In this document: positions 45,600-55,529 of the stretch, piece by piece
How the letters are laid out: every line of letters begins with the position of its first letter
Numbering within the stretch: the stretch's first letter is position 1
NCBI GenBank assembly: GCA_016235065.1
Contig: JACRMB010000005.1
Location: forward strand, 9,524 to 73,523
DNA: 64,000 bases
Source of the DNA: Actinomycetota bacterium
GTDB lineage: Bacteria > Actinomycetota > Thermoleophilia > BMS3ABIN01
Direction of reading: 5' to 3'
Notes under the pieces: model-generated
The model's database searches: none
Told to the model about the DNA's origin: nothing
What the model saw: the letters and a program-made list of their open reading frames with translations, nothing else
Position numbers and translations under genes: made by a program

Positions 45600-47288
45600 T
45601 CACATGGATTCCGGAGCCGCGACTCCTACCAGTTCCAGGCATTGGGCGATCACATTCCTCGTAAGGCGGCAGAGGTCCAGGCGGAACCTGGCAGCATCAG
45701 GAGCAGCTTTGAGGACCGGACAGTTATGATAGAACGCGTGGTAAGTCGCGGCCAGTTCACGCGAGTAGGCCGTCAGGCGCTGAGGGCCGCGCGAGTCGGC
45801 GGCTCCCATGACAGTCCTGGGAAACTCCGCCAGCTTCATGACCAGCTCCCGCTCCTGGCTTTCCAGGGAAACATAAGCGGTGCTGTCTCCAGAATCCGCC
45901 CCGGCTTCCTCGGAACGCTTCAGTATCGAGCAGATCCTTGCGTGGGCGTACTGGACGTAATAAACAGGATTCTCTTCCGACTTGAGCTTTGCCTTTTCCA
46001 GGTCCAGGTCCAGAGTGCTGTCGGCGCTGCGGTCTACCAGGTAGAAGCGTGCAGCGTCGACGCCGATGCTGTCGACCAGTTCCTCCAGGGAAACCATGGT
46101 CCCCCGGCGTTTTGACATCTGTTTCCGCTCACCCAGCTCGACGACGTTCACGAGCTGTCCGATGATTATCTCCAGCTTTTCCGGATCATGGCCAAGCGCC
46201 GTGAATGCTGCCTTCATCCGGGCTACGTAGCCATGGTGGTCTGCCCCCCAGATGTTGATCAGCCGGTCATGCCCCCTCGACAGCTTGTGCTGATGGTAAG
46301 CGATGTCTGAGGCAAAGTAAGTCGGTTCGCCGGAACTTCTGATCAACACCCTGTCCTTGTCGTCGCCGTGCCGGGTGGTGAGCAGCCAGCTGGCCCCATC
46401 CCTGACAGACAGCTCGCCGGCTTCTGTCAAGGTTGCCATCGCCTCTGGGACGGCATCGCTGTCATACAGGCTGGCTTCTGAGAACCACTCGTCGAACACA
46501 ACACCGAACCGCTCCAGGACCGCGCGCACTTCGCCAAGCACTAGTTCACAACCGCGATTCCGGAAAAAGGTTATGGCGGACTGTCCCGGTTCCGGATCAG
46601 AATCCGCAAGAAGGCTGTCGCCGATCTCATCCTTGATCAGCTGGGCGATGTGGATCGTATAATCGCCCTGATAGCCCTCCTCTGGGAACTGGACGCTCCT
46701 GCCCCATAGTTCCGCATACCGGACAGCCAGGGAAAGGCCGAAGATATCCATCTGGGAGCCGTAATCGTTTATATAGAACTCACTGGTGACCCGATGGCCG
46801 GCAAACGAAAGGATCCGTTTCAGCGAATCACCGTAAGCCGCATATCGCGCATGGCCCACATGCAGCGGACCCGTAGGATTGGCACTTACATATTCAAGCA
46901 GTATCCCTTCAGGCTGCCCGACTATGTCACGCCCATAATCACGCCCGCGGGCCAGGGCTTCCAGCGCAGCTCCGGCGATAGCGCCGCCGGTAAGGAAAAA
47001 ATTGATGAAACCCGGTCCGGCGACTTCTATCTTCTCGCAGTATTCCATGACCTGGTCACTCGCACGCATCTCATCGATCAGCTTGCGGGCGATCTCTGCA
47101 GGCGGCAGTTTTGCGGCTCCAGCGGCGATCATGGCGATACTGGTCGCCAGATCCCCATGTCCCCGCGCAGCCGGGCGCTCGAGCATTATCCTGCCAGCAA
47201 GGGCTTCACCACCCCAGGAAGAGAGCAAAGGCCGCAGAGACCCTGCCACGCGGCTTGTGAAGTCATCCAGGAAGTCTGCAGCGCTCAA
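45600..47288 (-). CDS. argS: Arginine--tRNA ligase
   Basis: 562 aa with the HIGH-type SANPTGPLHVGH and a KMSK-type MSKRRG, plus a C-terminal anticodon-binding domain. Confidence 0.94.
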   Translation of the reverse strand: MSAADFLDDFTSRVAGSLRPLLSSWGGEALAGRIMLERPAARGHGDLATSIAMIAAGAAKLPPAEIARKLIDEMRASDQVMEYCEKIEVAGPGFINFFLTGGAIAGAALEALARGRDYGRDIVGQPEGILLEYVSANPTGPLHVGHARYAAYGDSLKRILSFAGHRVTSEFYINDYGSQMDIFGLSLAVRYAELWGRSVQFPEEGYQGDYTIHIAQLIKDEIGDSLLADSDPEPGQSAITFFRNRGCELVLGEVRAVLERFGVVFDEWFSEASLYDSDAVPEAMATLTEAGELSVRDGASWLLTTRHGDDKDRVLIRSSGEPTYFASDIAYHQHKLSRGHDRLINIWGADHHGYVARMKAAFTALGHDPEKLEIIIGQLVNVVELGERKQMSKRRGTMVSLEELVDSIGVDAARFYLVDRSADSTLDLDLEKAKLKSEENPVYYVQYAHARICSILKRSEEAGADSGDSTAYVSLESQERELVMKLAEFPRTVMGAADSRGPQRLTAYSRELAATYHAFYHNCPVLKAAPDAARFRLDLCRLTRNVIAQCLELVGVAAPESM

Positions 47289-47512
47289 GGGAGGCCTCCT
47301 TCAGTCTCAAGATCCTGCTGGAGGCGGGATATCTCATCCGCGGTACGGTTGCGTGCATCGATGTCCACCGTGATAGACAAAAAAAGGTGATCCCCTTCGC
47401 GGGCGCCCGGGGGCAACAGTGATGAGGCGATGATTTTTTCCTCGTCATCGGCCAGGATCACAGCAAGATCACCCTCGAAGCGGTCAAGGTAGCAGTAGAG
47501 CCCCGGAGTCAA
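47285..47512 (-). CDS. DUF3006-like small protein
   Basis: 75 aa. LDRFEGDLAVIL...LLPPGAREGDHL matches the family pattern. There is a 4-nt overlap with argS. Confidence 0.55.
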   Translation of the reverse strand: MTPGLYCYLDRFEGDLAVILADDEEKIIASSLLPPGAREGDHLFLSITVDIDARNRTADEISRLQQDLETEGGLP

Positions 47513-47516
47513 CTTT

Positions 47517-48578
47517 TCAGGAGGCCTTGTCGGTCTCGAGCAGCTGCTCTAGGAGCTGTATCTCGGAAGGAGTTCCGACGGTTATGAGGATATCTTTTTC
47601 TTCCAGCCGTGTATCGGGGCTGGGATTGGTGTCGAACGGTTCACCGGATTTTCTGATGGCCAGCACGGAAGTGCCGGTCCTCTGCCTGATCTCCAGATCG
47701 CGGATACTTTTGCCGACAACCGGCGAACTAGCCGAGAGCTGCAGCTGCTCGACTCTCAGCTCGAGCTCGCCGCCACCGGTGACTACATCCAGATAGTCGC
47801 TCACCATCGGCTTCAGCATCAGGGTGGCCATCTCGCGGCCACCGATCGCATACGGAGACACGACCTTATCGGCGCCCGCCTTCTCGAGTTTGCTGTGCGA
47901 CTCCTCGGTGTTGCCTCGCGCCACAATCCAGAGGTCGGGAGACAATACCCTCGCCGAAAGCGTCACGAAGACGTTGTCGGCATCCGAATCCACACAGGCG
48001 ATAAGACCTTTTGCGCGGACGATGCCGGCCCGGTGTAAAGTCTCATCGTCAGCGGCATCACCCTCGACGTGCGGATGATCGTCCTCCCTCGCCCTGGCTA
48101 TGCTGTCAGGATTGGAATCTACGACGACGAACTCTTCTCCGGACCGCGTGAACTCCTTGGCGACCTGTTCGCCGACGCGGCCGTATCCACAGATGAGATA
48201 ATGGCCAGACAGCTCGGATATTTTCTTTTTCATACTTCTCTCCTCAAGCATCTCGGCCAGGTATCCGCCGACCAGGAATTCTATTACCACACCGAAAGCG
48301 TATAGTAACGTCCCCATTCCTCCCGCGATCAGGATGACTGCCAGGATCTTGCCCCCGGCTGTCTCCGGAGCCGAGCCCATGCCGACGGTCGATATGAGAA
48401 CTACCGACGTGAAGAATGCATCGAGGGCACCCTGGTCCTCCAGAAGAGCGAATCCCAATGTACCCGCCAGAACGATCGCGAGCAGAATCCCTATAAGGGC
48501 CAGTATGCGTTTGGGTGAAATCATGGATTGCCATGGCATGAGCAGCCCAAGTCTAATGGAAGCAACTGGGGTTTTCAA
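47517..48578 (-). CDS. Two-TM pore cation channel with RCK (TrkA-N/TrkA-C) domains
   Basis: The pore region is VVLISTVGMGSAPE. The Rossmann-type segment is ICGYGRVGEQVA, followed by a C-terminal TrkA-C. The start is uncertain (48578/48539/48524). Confidence 0.8.
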   Translation of the reverse strand: MKTPVASIRLGLLMPWQSMISPKRILALIGILLAIVLAGTLGFALLEDQGALDAFFTSVVLISTVGMGSAPETAGGKILAVILIAGGMGTLLYAFGVVIEFLVGGYLAEMLEERSMKKKISELSGHYLICGYGRVGEQVAKEFTRSGEEFVVVDSNPDSIARAREDDHPHVEGDAADDETLHRAGIVRAKGLIACVDSDADNVFVTLSARVLSPDLWIVARGNTEESHSKLEKAGADKVVSPYAIGGREMATLMLKPMVSDYLDVVTGGGELELRVEQLQLSASSPVVGKSIRDLEIRQRTGTSVLAIRKSGEPFDTNPSPDTRLEEKDILITVGTPSEIQLLEQLLETDKAS

Positions 48579-48651
48579 CGAGAAGGCTGCCCTTGAGGTT
48601 ATCCAGCGCTAGCTATCGAAGCAGATACAGCTCGCGCGGAGAACCGACAGA

Positions 48652-49353
48652 TCAGAGGAACGGCAGGTCGGGGACGCGCTCGTTTTCTTCGCCCTCAGCC
48701 TCACTATATTTCTCTGGAGAGAATATCGCTTCGCGGACGATCACCGGCATGTTGCGCCACAGGCAGATGCCATCCTTTAAATATTTCTCTTTCTGTTCCC
48801 TGGAACAATCAGAGGTGCAGGAAGAGCACAGCTCGTCATCGGGCAGTTCCTGTTTGGCCTTGGTGGGTCTTTGACCTTCATCCAGCCTTCTGCTCGTTTC
48901 CAGCAGTAGATGCTGCACGTTGATATGGGGAGAGATCGGAAAAACGACTGGCTTCGTTGGAATGACGAATTTGAACGTACCTTCCACCCAGTTGGAAAGC
49001 TCGAGCGTGTTCTCGTATGCCTGTTCGGCGATTATGCTGGCGATGGCCTTCCTGTCTACTGCGCCGGCATTCATGAGGGTGATGCCGAGGAACTCGCGTT
49101 TCTCTCGCAGGGCAGATGACAGGATGATCTTTCTCAGGTCGCCGGCGGAGATCAGGTTGGCCTTTACCATGCGCGCCCCAAGCATATGGTCGGAACGCGG
49201 CACCGAAACCGCCTCGATAAAGCCGTCCTTGAGATAGATTATTGCCCGTTCTTCCTTGTCCTCGAGCTCTAGCAGACCTGATTTCTGGTAACTGGCAAGG
49301 AGCTGAAGCACCATGAAGACGGAGAACTGACTGATTTTTCCCCAGAGAATCAT
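48652..49353 (-). CDS. DUF4388 (PATAN-like) domain protein with Cys-rich C-terminal region
   Basis: The N-terminus GKISQFSVFMVLQLLASYQKSGLLELEDKEERAIIYLKDGFIEAV fits DUF4388. The C-terminus has CSSCTSDC...C. ATG 49353 is the preferred start. Confidence 0.5.
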   Translation of the reverse strand: MILWGKISQFSVFMVLQLLASYQKSGLLELEDKEERAIIYLKDGFIEAVSVPRSDHMLGARMVKANLISAGDLRKIILSSALREKREFLGITLMNAGAVDRKAIASIIAEQAYENTLELSNWVEGTFKFVIPTKPVVFPISPHINVQHLLLETSRRLDEGQRPTKAKQELPDDELCSSCTSDCSREQKEKYLKDGICLWRNMPVIVREAIFSPEKYSEAEGEENERVPDLPFL

Positions 49354-49540
49354 ATGGCTCAGAAATAGTAGTAGGAATGGAGTTGCCCTGCTTATACAGT
49401 ATATCGGCATGCCAAAAAGCGAGCTTGATTTACCTGGAGAAAGCAAGACACCCGCCGGAGTGGTTCCGACGGGTGTCTGGTATTTCTATTTAGTGCCTGG
49501 CCCCTGGTCAGGGGTCACCATCCGCTGTGTGCCTGATCGT

Positions 49541-50479
49541 CTATCCCGGCACGATGCCCAGATTTGCGTTGCCGCTGTGGCCTTTCTCACGCGCTTCAGC
49601 TTCTTCGAGATCGACATTACCGGTATAGACCTGGTTCTTGCCTCGACGCTTTGCTTCGTACATGCGCGCGTCGGCGATCTTGACAAGCCTGTCACCAGCG
49701 TCGGCATCCACGCCGAAGGAAGCGAGGCCGACTGATACGGTGATACTCCGCTTGACGTTCGGGTCTGCGAACGTCGAACACCTCTCTTCGACGCTGGAAC
49801 GCAGGCGCTCGGCGACTCTGCAGGCTGTATCGAAATCACAGCCGAGTATAAGGGTGAACTCCTCACCGCCATAGCGTGAAGCTATATCCTCACCCCGTGC
49901 TTCGGCGGTGATCGTCTGAGCGACCTTCTGCAGCACATAGTCACCTTCCTGATGACCGAACTGGTCGTTGTACAGTTTGAAGTCGTCGATGTCCAGGAAC
50001 AGGACCGTCAGATTTGTGCCGTCGGTCCTGAGGCTACTGACCTTGTTCACGAGGTACGTCTGGAAGAAACCGTGGGTGTAGAGCGACGTCAGATCATCCG
50101 TGGTTGACTGCCGCCTCAGCTTCAGGGTCTCCCTGTGCTCTGAAGTGAACATGTAGTAGAAGCCTATGGCGAACAAAAGGATGAAGATGAATTCCGTAGC
50201 CTCGTACATGGTACCGACATATGCGACGCCCAGGTCCTTCATCACGGACAATGTCATGGCAATGCCGAAAGAAACAGCCGCCAGGCTCAGGAACAGCCAT
50301 GACCGTTTTCTCACGTCGCGGCCGATGGAGGGCAGGATGCGGATTGCGAAGTAAAACGCGATCAGCGCCAGCACCAGGCTTGCAAACTCGAGAACGGTCT
50401 CAAGCATCTCCTCGCCTTCTTCGACCGCGCCTCCCTCCTGGGCTATCAGACTCATGAATGAGAATAGTTCAGTTTTCAT
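49541..50479 (-). CDS. Membrane-anchored diguanylate cyclase (GGDEF)
   Basis: 312 aa with ~4 TM helices and DDLTSLYTHGFF. A RGED I-site lies 5 aa before RYGGEEFTLIL. Confidence 0.88.
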   Translation of the reverse strand: MKTELFSFMSLIAQEGGAVEEGEEMLETVLEFASLVLALIAFYFAIRILPSIGRDVRKRSWLFLSLAAVSFGIAMTLSVMKDLGVAYVGTMYEATEFIFILLFAIGFYYMFTSEHRETLKLRRQSTTDDLTSLYTHGFFQTYLVNKVSSLRTDGTNLTVLFLDIDDFKLYNDQFGHQEGDYVLQKVAQTITAEARGEDIASRYGGEEFTLILGCDFDTACRVAERLRSSVEERCSTFADPNVKRSITVSVGLASFGVDADAGDRLVKIADARMYEAKRRGKNQVYTGNVDLEEAEAREKGHSGNANLGIVPG

Positions 50480-50596
50480 TTTTTTACTCCCCCTTACTTT
50501 ATTTAATGCTGGTTTGAAGTTTTATATGCACACTTTATCGGCAAAATAAGCATTTGCTTTGCCGGTTATTTTTCGTTGTCTGCATTCATATATTAA

Positions 50597-53062
50597 TCAG
50601 ACCCCCATCCGTGCTTCCCGTTGGGTGCTGCTTTCAGATTTGATGATCCGTGCAAACACATCAACTACTCGAGGGTCGAACTGGGTTCCTGTGTTACGCT
50701 CCAGTTCGCCCAGGGCCATCTGGGTGGACAATGCCTTGCGATAGGGCCGGTCGGAAGTCATCGCCTCATAGGCGTCCGCCACAAAAAGGATCCTGGCGCC
50801 GAGAGGATTCTCTTCGCCGCCCAGTCCATCGGGATAGCCATTGCCATCGTAGCGTTCATGGTGATGGCGCACTATCGACTGCACAGGGAACGGGAAGTTG
50901 ACTGGAGCGAGGATCTTCTCGCTGAGAACCGGGTGTTTCTTGATGATGTTGAACTCTTCGACAGTCAGTTTCCCGGGCTTGGAAAGGATCGCGTCTGGAA
51001 TGCCGATCTTGCCCACATCATGAAGGTAGCCCGCATACCGGATCGTCTGCAGTTCGGCTCCCTGGAGTCCCAGTCCTCTGGCTATCGCTTCCGCATAAAG
51101 CGATACGCGTTCAGAGTGGCCCCTGGTGTATGTATCCTTGGCATCGATGGTCTCGGCAAGCGATCGGATGGTGCCAACAAAAGCGTCCTGAAGATTCTCA
51201 TACATCCGGGAATTCTCAATGGCGATCGCAGCTTCGTTTGCAGAAGTGGTCAGCAGGTTCATCTCATTTTTCTTCAGCTCGCGGGGCTCTGCGAAATATA
51301 TGCAGATAACGCCGATGCTCTGCCCTTTTGCGAGCAGAGGCAATGCCACGAGTGACGAGTAGCCCTGAATGCTGGCTACATGTTTCCACTGGGCGTAAGT
51401 ATTGTCCGAGACGACATTGTTCACGGCGAATGGCCTGTTCTCTGTAAATGCCATGCCAATCGGCCCAAAACCGATGGGGATCCTGCGCTTGCGATTGATA
51501 GTCCAGACATACTCGGCGGAAAGGTTATAGCTGGCGACAATATTGAGGTGCCGGTCCTCCTCGTCGGGAAGCAGTACGGAGGCGAACTGGGCTCCGATCA
51601 GGGCGCCCACCCGCTTTGCCACGACGCTTACGACTTCCTGGTAGTCGAGGGTCGAAGTGAAAGCCTGGCTTATCCTGTGCATGGCGGAGAGCTCTTTGAC
51701 GTGGCCTTCGGTCTTCTCATACAGCTGAGCGTTCTCGATTGCCACTGCAGCCTGGTTCATCAGGGTTTGATAGAACTCAATCTTCTTGGCGCTGAAGGGA
51801 GTACGGTCCCAATTGCGCACTTCACCGAGGGTAACGACACCGATCGCCTCGTTTTTGGAGACCAGAGGCAGAAGCAGAGCCGACTTGGTGTCGGATGTCA
51901 GGGCCCATTCCCACTCAGCTTCAGAACCCTCGACGGAGAGTTGCCCATTATGGCGAAGGACACACGGTTTGCTGGAAGCCAGCACATTTGCGTGATGTCG
52001 GGCTTCAGTCAGGTCGAGGCTATCCCCGATGCCCCGGTTCCATTCCGGCATGTCCCTGGTCGGGGATGCCGCCTTGACTATCAGGCTGCTGCTATCGCCA
52101 TCGAGCAATGATATCCGGCAATAGCTCACCCGCTGCGACGCGGCTATCTTCTCGCACAATATCTGGAGTATCTTCTCTACCTTCAGGGCTGAGGAAACAG
52201 CTACGCTTGCCTCCAGCAACAACTGGACTTCCTCGTCCCGGGCATTCAGATTGGCGGCCATCTCATCAAAGGCCGAAGCCAGGTCGCCAATCTCGTCGTC
52301 CCGGTTCAGGCTGAGTGGCTGGAGGCTATCGTGAGCGCTGATCTCTCGTGTTGCGGCTGTCAGCTTCTTGATAGGCCTGATCAGCATACGATTCAGAGAT
52401 GCGTATATAACCGCAAGCAGTATCAACAGCGCCAGGTTTGTTATGAGGGCAAAACGGATCTGTTGAGAACGGATCAGGCTGTCCCGCGGGGCTGCGTCGA
52501 GGTAAACACCCACAGACGCGATAGCATTGCCGCTGGCATCGTGAAGGGGGGCGAGCATCTCGATAGTCTTTTCTTCGCCTGCCTCAGCGCCTTCTCCGGC
52601 TGCTTCCTCTTCCTCTTCGATAAAAGTAGTCTCATTGTTGAGGATCGGCTTGATGTCCACGAGGTCAGCTGATTCTCCCATGGAATCTTTGTCTGTACTC
52701 GCGATTACGACGTAGGACGGATCGGCTGCGTTAGACGATTGAGCAGGAGACAGTCCATAGATGGAGATCTTCCTGAGTTCCTCGTTAGTCTTAACGAGGT
52801 TGTCGATCTCCGGCTGGATATGGTCGCCTAACGAGGGACTTTCCAGGCTCGCCAGGCTTGCTTCGATGAAACCGGCGACGGACTCCGCGCGATGCTCGTA
52901 ATCCTTGTTTACTGCTGAAGAAAGATAGCTCGAGGTGTACAAAGTCATGGCAGCCGAAAGCGCCAGAACTGCAAGGAAGATGAGAATTGACAGCTTGCCG
53001 CGCAAGCCGAATTTATGTCTGATACTCACCAGGTTCCGCCCCAGGAAGAGTACGTGAATCAA
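50597..53062 (-). CDS. Membrane sensor HAMP-GAF-GAF-HD-GYP c-di-GMP phosphodiesterase
   Basis: 821 aa with a TM segment, an extracytoplasmic region, a second TM segment, a HAMP domain and two GAF-like regions. HSERV, YLHDVGKIGIP and HHERYDGNGYP follow. The start is TTG 53062 (uncertain). Confidence 0.85.
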   Translation of the reverse strand: MIHVLFLGRNLVSIRHKFGLRGKLSILIFLAVLALSAAMTLYTSSYLSSAVNKDYEHRAESVAGFIEASLASLESPSLGDHIQPEIDNLVKTNEELRKISIYGLSPAQSSNAADPSYVVIASTDKDSMGESADLVDIKPILNNETTFIEEEEEAAGEGAEAGEEKTIEMLAPLHDASGNAIASVGVYLDAAPRDSLIRSQQIRFALITNLALLILLAVIYASLNRMLIRPIKKLTAATREISAHDSLQPLSLNRDDEIGDLASAFDEMAANLNARDEEVQLLLEASVAVSSALKVEKILQILCEKIAASQRVSYCRISLLDGDSSSLIVKAASPTRDMPEWNRGIGDSLDLTEARHHANVLASSKPCVLRHNGQLSVEGSEAEWEWALTSDTKSALLLPLVSKNEAIGVVTLGEVRNWDRTPFSAKKIEFYQTLMNQAAVAIENAQLYEKTEGHVKELSAMHRISQAFTSTLDYQEVVSVVAKRVGALIGAQFASVLLPDEEDRHLNIVASYNLSAEYVWTINRKRRIPIGFGPIGMAFTENRPFAVNNVVSDNTYAQWKHVASIQGYSSLVALPLLAKGQSIGVICIYFAEPRELKKNEMNLLTTSANEAAIAIENSRMYENLQDAFVGTIRSLAETIDAKDTYTRGHSERVSLYAEAIARGLGLQGAELQTIRYAGYLHDVGKIGIPDAILSKPGKLTVEEFNIIKKHPVLSEKILAPVNFPFPVQSIVRHHHERYDGNGYPDGLGGEENPLGARILFVADAYEAMTSDRPYRKALSTQMALGELERNTGTQFDPRVVDVFARIIKSESSTQREARMGV

Positions 53063-53157
53063 GGCCTGCCCATGGCCTCAGTACATAATCGGCCGCTTCC
53101 AGTAAGGCTTTAGGACCGCACCTGGCATGACCGGGCGGAGTACCCGGTCAATAATGG

Positions 53158-53535
53158 CTATTTGGACTCGTGGCGTGAGCGATAATCCTCGATGGCTTTC
53201 TTAAGTCCGTCGGACGCAAGATTTGAGCAATGCATTTTTTGTGGCGGCAGTCCGCCCAGCGCATCGGCAACCGCCTTTTTGGAGATCTCCTGTGCCTCGG
53301 CGAGAGTCTTGCCTTTTGCCATCTCTGTGACCATGCTGCTGGTGGCGATGGCTGCGCCACAACCGAGGGTCTTGAACTTAACATCCTCGATTCGTTCGTC
53401 GTCATCTACCTTGATTGTGATTCGCATGACATCACCGCATTGTGGATTACCTACTTCACCGACGCCATCAGCGTTCTCGACTTCGCCCATGTTCCGCGGA
53501 TTCTGAAAGTGATCCATTACCTGTTCTGTATACAT
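53158..53535 (-). CDS. nifU: Fe-S cluster scaffold, NifU N-terminal/IscU type
   Basis: ATG 53535 follows GGAGGAAG. NPQCGD, LGCGAAIA and MHCSNL provide the three scaffold Cys. Confidence 0.9.
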   Translation of the reverse strand: MYTEQVMDHFQNPRNMGEVENADGVGEVGNPQCGDVMRITIKVDDDERIEDVKFKTLGCGAAIATSSMVTEMAKGKTLAEAQEISKKAVADALGGLPPQKMHCSNLASDGLKKAIEDYRSRHESK

Positions 53536-53579
53536 GACTTCCTCCAGTACTGATGAAACAGATTGATAACACCTTGCGG

Positions 53580-54821
53580 TCAGCTGGCTGCCTCGCAGTC
53601 GCAGCCTTCCCCCTTGCTTCCAGACGCACACTGCTTGGCGCCCCGTTTGTAGATCGGTGACATAGCCCTCAGCCTTTCGGCAACCTCGAAAAGTGCATTC
53701 AAGGCATATTCGGCATCTTCCCTGGTGTCGTGCCTTGAAAGCGTCATACGGACTGATCCATGAGCGAGCTCAGCAGGAAGCCCCAGCGCCAACAGGATAT
53801 GCGAGGGCTCCAGGGTTCCAGAAACGCAGGCTGAACCTGTTGAGACGAAGACCGGCCGTGCTTTTTCCGCAGTGGGATATGAAAGCGAGAGCATGATCGA
53901 TTCTCCTTCGATACCTTCGATCGAGACATTGACGTTGTTTGGCAGGCGCTTTGTGCGATGCCCGTTCAGCCGGATGTCGTCCATGTTCTTCTCGATCAGC
54001 TCGATCATGTAATCCCTGAGGGCCGTTAGTCTTTCCATTTCCGGCCCGATATTCCTGCGGGCCAGCTCGGCCGCCTTGCCGATGCCGACTATTCCAGGCA
54101 CATTATGCGTGCCAGCCCGGCGCTTTTTTTCCTGGCCGCCACCGAGCAGCCATGGAACTATGCGAACTCCACGCCGTATATAAAGCGCTCCAACACCCTT
54201 GGGGCCGTAGAATTTATGTCCTGAAAGCGACAACAGGTCGCATGAGAGAGCCTCGACATCCACCGGAATATGGCCCACGGACTGGGCGGCGTTAACGTGA
54301 AGGTAGACACCTTTTTCCCTGGTTATGGCGCCGATTTCTTCGACAGGCTGGATCGTCCCGATCTCGTGGTTGGCGTGAACCAGGGTCACCAGCACAGTAT
54401 CCTCGCGGATCGCATCGGCTACATCCTGGGGATTCACCAGGCCGTCGCCGTCAACCGGAAGATAAGTGACGTCCCAGCCTCTTTTTTCGAGGTGACGGCA
54501 TGGCATGAGGATCGAATGATGCTCAGCCTGGTCGGTGATTATATGCTTGCCCTTTTCTTCCAGGGCTTCAGCGACGCCCCTGATTGCCCAGTTGTTGGAT
54601 TCAGTCGCTCCACTGGTGAAATAGAGGTCTTTCTGGTCGGCGCCGATCAGGTCTGCCACGTGCTGGCGAGCCTGCTCTATGGCCTGTTTTGCCTGCGAGC
54701 CGAACGCGTACAGCGTCGCCGGGCTGCCGAAATTATCGCCAAGCCATTCAGCCATTGCCTCTACCACCTCAGGATCGGTGCGGGTTGTTGCCGCATTATC
54801 CAGGAATATGGCTTTTTCCAT
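53580..54821 (-). CDS. nifS: Cysteine desulfurase (NifS/IscS class)
   Basis: 413 aa with FTSGATESNN, the PLP-Lys motif SLSGHKFYGPKG and the active-site loop GSACVSG. Confidence 0.92.
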   Translation of the reverse strand: MEKAIFLDNAATTRTDPEVVEAMAEWLGDNFGSPATLYAFGSQAKQAIEQARQHVADLIGADQKDLYFTSGATESNNWAIRGVAEALEEKGKHIITDQAEHHSILMPCRHLEKRGWDVTYLPVDGDGLVNPQDVADAIREDTVLVTLVHANHEIGTIQPVEEIGAITREKGVYLHVNAAQSVGHIPVDVEALSCDLLSLSGHKFYGPKGVGALYIRRGVRIVPWLLGGGQEKKRRAGTHNVPGIVGIGKAAELARRNIGPEMERLTALRDYMIELIEKNMDDIRLNGHRTKRLPNNVNVSIEGIEGESIMLSLSYPTAEKARPVFVSTGSACVSGTLEPSHILLALGLPAELAHGSVRMTLSRHDTREDAEYALNALFEVAERLRAMSPIYKRGAKQCASGSKGEGCDCEAAS

Positions 54822-54854
54822 TCCAATCGCCTCCTCAGGCGTATGTCAGGCGGC

Positions 54855-55523
54855 CTAGACCACTTTTCTGATAAGGAACTTCATCTGGTCGCCGAATTCT
54901 TCGCGGCCGATAAAATCGTTGCCTGTGCCCATGCACCAGGCCGGAATATCCGCTTTTGCCCCTTCATCGTCGGCCCAGACCTCGAGTATCTGGCCGGTGC
55001 CGAGTTTTCGCATGGTCTCGGCGATATGGACGATGGGTAGCGGACAGGAAACGCCGATGCAGTCCAGCTTCTCCGCGATCTCGTCCTCCGAGGCATATGA
55101 CTGTTTAGAGCCATTAGTGGAGATGAGGTCGTGCAAAGTCGTCTGTCCCAGCACATTCTCGCTGGAGCTTTTCAGCTCGGACCATACTCCGACCAGGCCG
55201 CAGCTATCGAGTTTTTCACATCCGGCAGTACTGCCGCCGGCACCGGCACAGCCTGCGGGCGAGACCGGTCCCTGCAGGAGTGTTACAACGTCGAGGACGC
55301 TTATCTCCCGCATATCCCTGTTCAGCGAATATCCGCCAGAAGGACCCCGGTTGCTCTTTAAAAGGCCGCCATTGACCAGGATTCTGAGCACCTGCGTGAG
55401 ATATGGCAGCGGTATCTGCTGACGCTCCGAGATGCCGGATCTTGATACCGGGGTCCCGTCTTCGTTGATGGCGATGTCCATAAGTGCCCGAAGGCCGTAT
55501 TCGCTTTTTGATGAGATCAGCAT
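54855..55523 (-). CDS. Rrf2-family (IscR-like) regulator fused to a TusA-like sulfur-carrier domain
   Basis: Residues 1-135 form the Rrf2 wHTH (SKSEYGLRALMDIA..., GPSGGYSL) with Cys92/102/108. Residues ~150-222 form the TusA fold, LDCIGVSCPLPIVH...GQILEVWADD, which contains the CPxP Cys. Confidence 0.8.
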   Translation of the reverse strand: MLISSKSEYGLRALMDIAINEDGTPVSRSGISERQQIPLPYLTQVLRILVNGGLLKSNRGPSGGYSLNRDMREISVLDVVTLLQGPVSPAGCAGAGGSTAGCEKLDSCGLVGVWSELKSSSENVLGQTTLHDLISTNGSKQSYASEDEIAEKLDCIGVSCPLPIVHIAETMRKLGTGQILEVWADDEGAKADIPAWCMGTGNDFIGREEFGDQMKFLIRKVV

Positions 55524-55529
55524 AGAGAC

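Noticed and set aside
50539-50564. Hairpin CGGCAAA-N12-TTTGCCG in the AT-rich gap between the HD-GYP and GGDEF genes
   Set aside because: The T-tract follows it only on the plus strand, where no gene ends. On the coding (minus) strand it lacks a U-tail, so its terminator function is unsupported.
54270-55040. 256-aa ORF on the plus strand. Similar long plus-strand ORFs lie at 50621-51355 and 51380-52111.
   Set aside because: These are antisense to nifS/Rrf2-TusA and to the HD-GYP gene respectively. They are shadow frames of confidently assigned genes.
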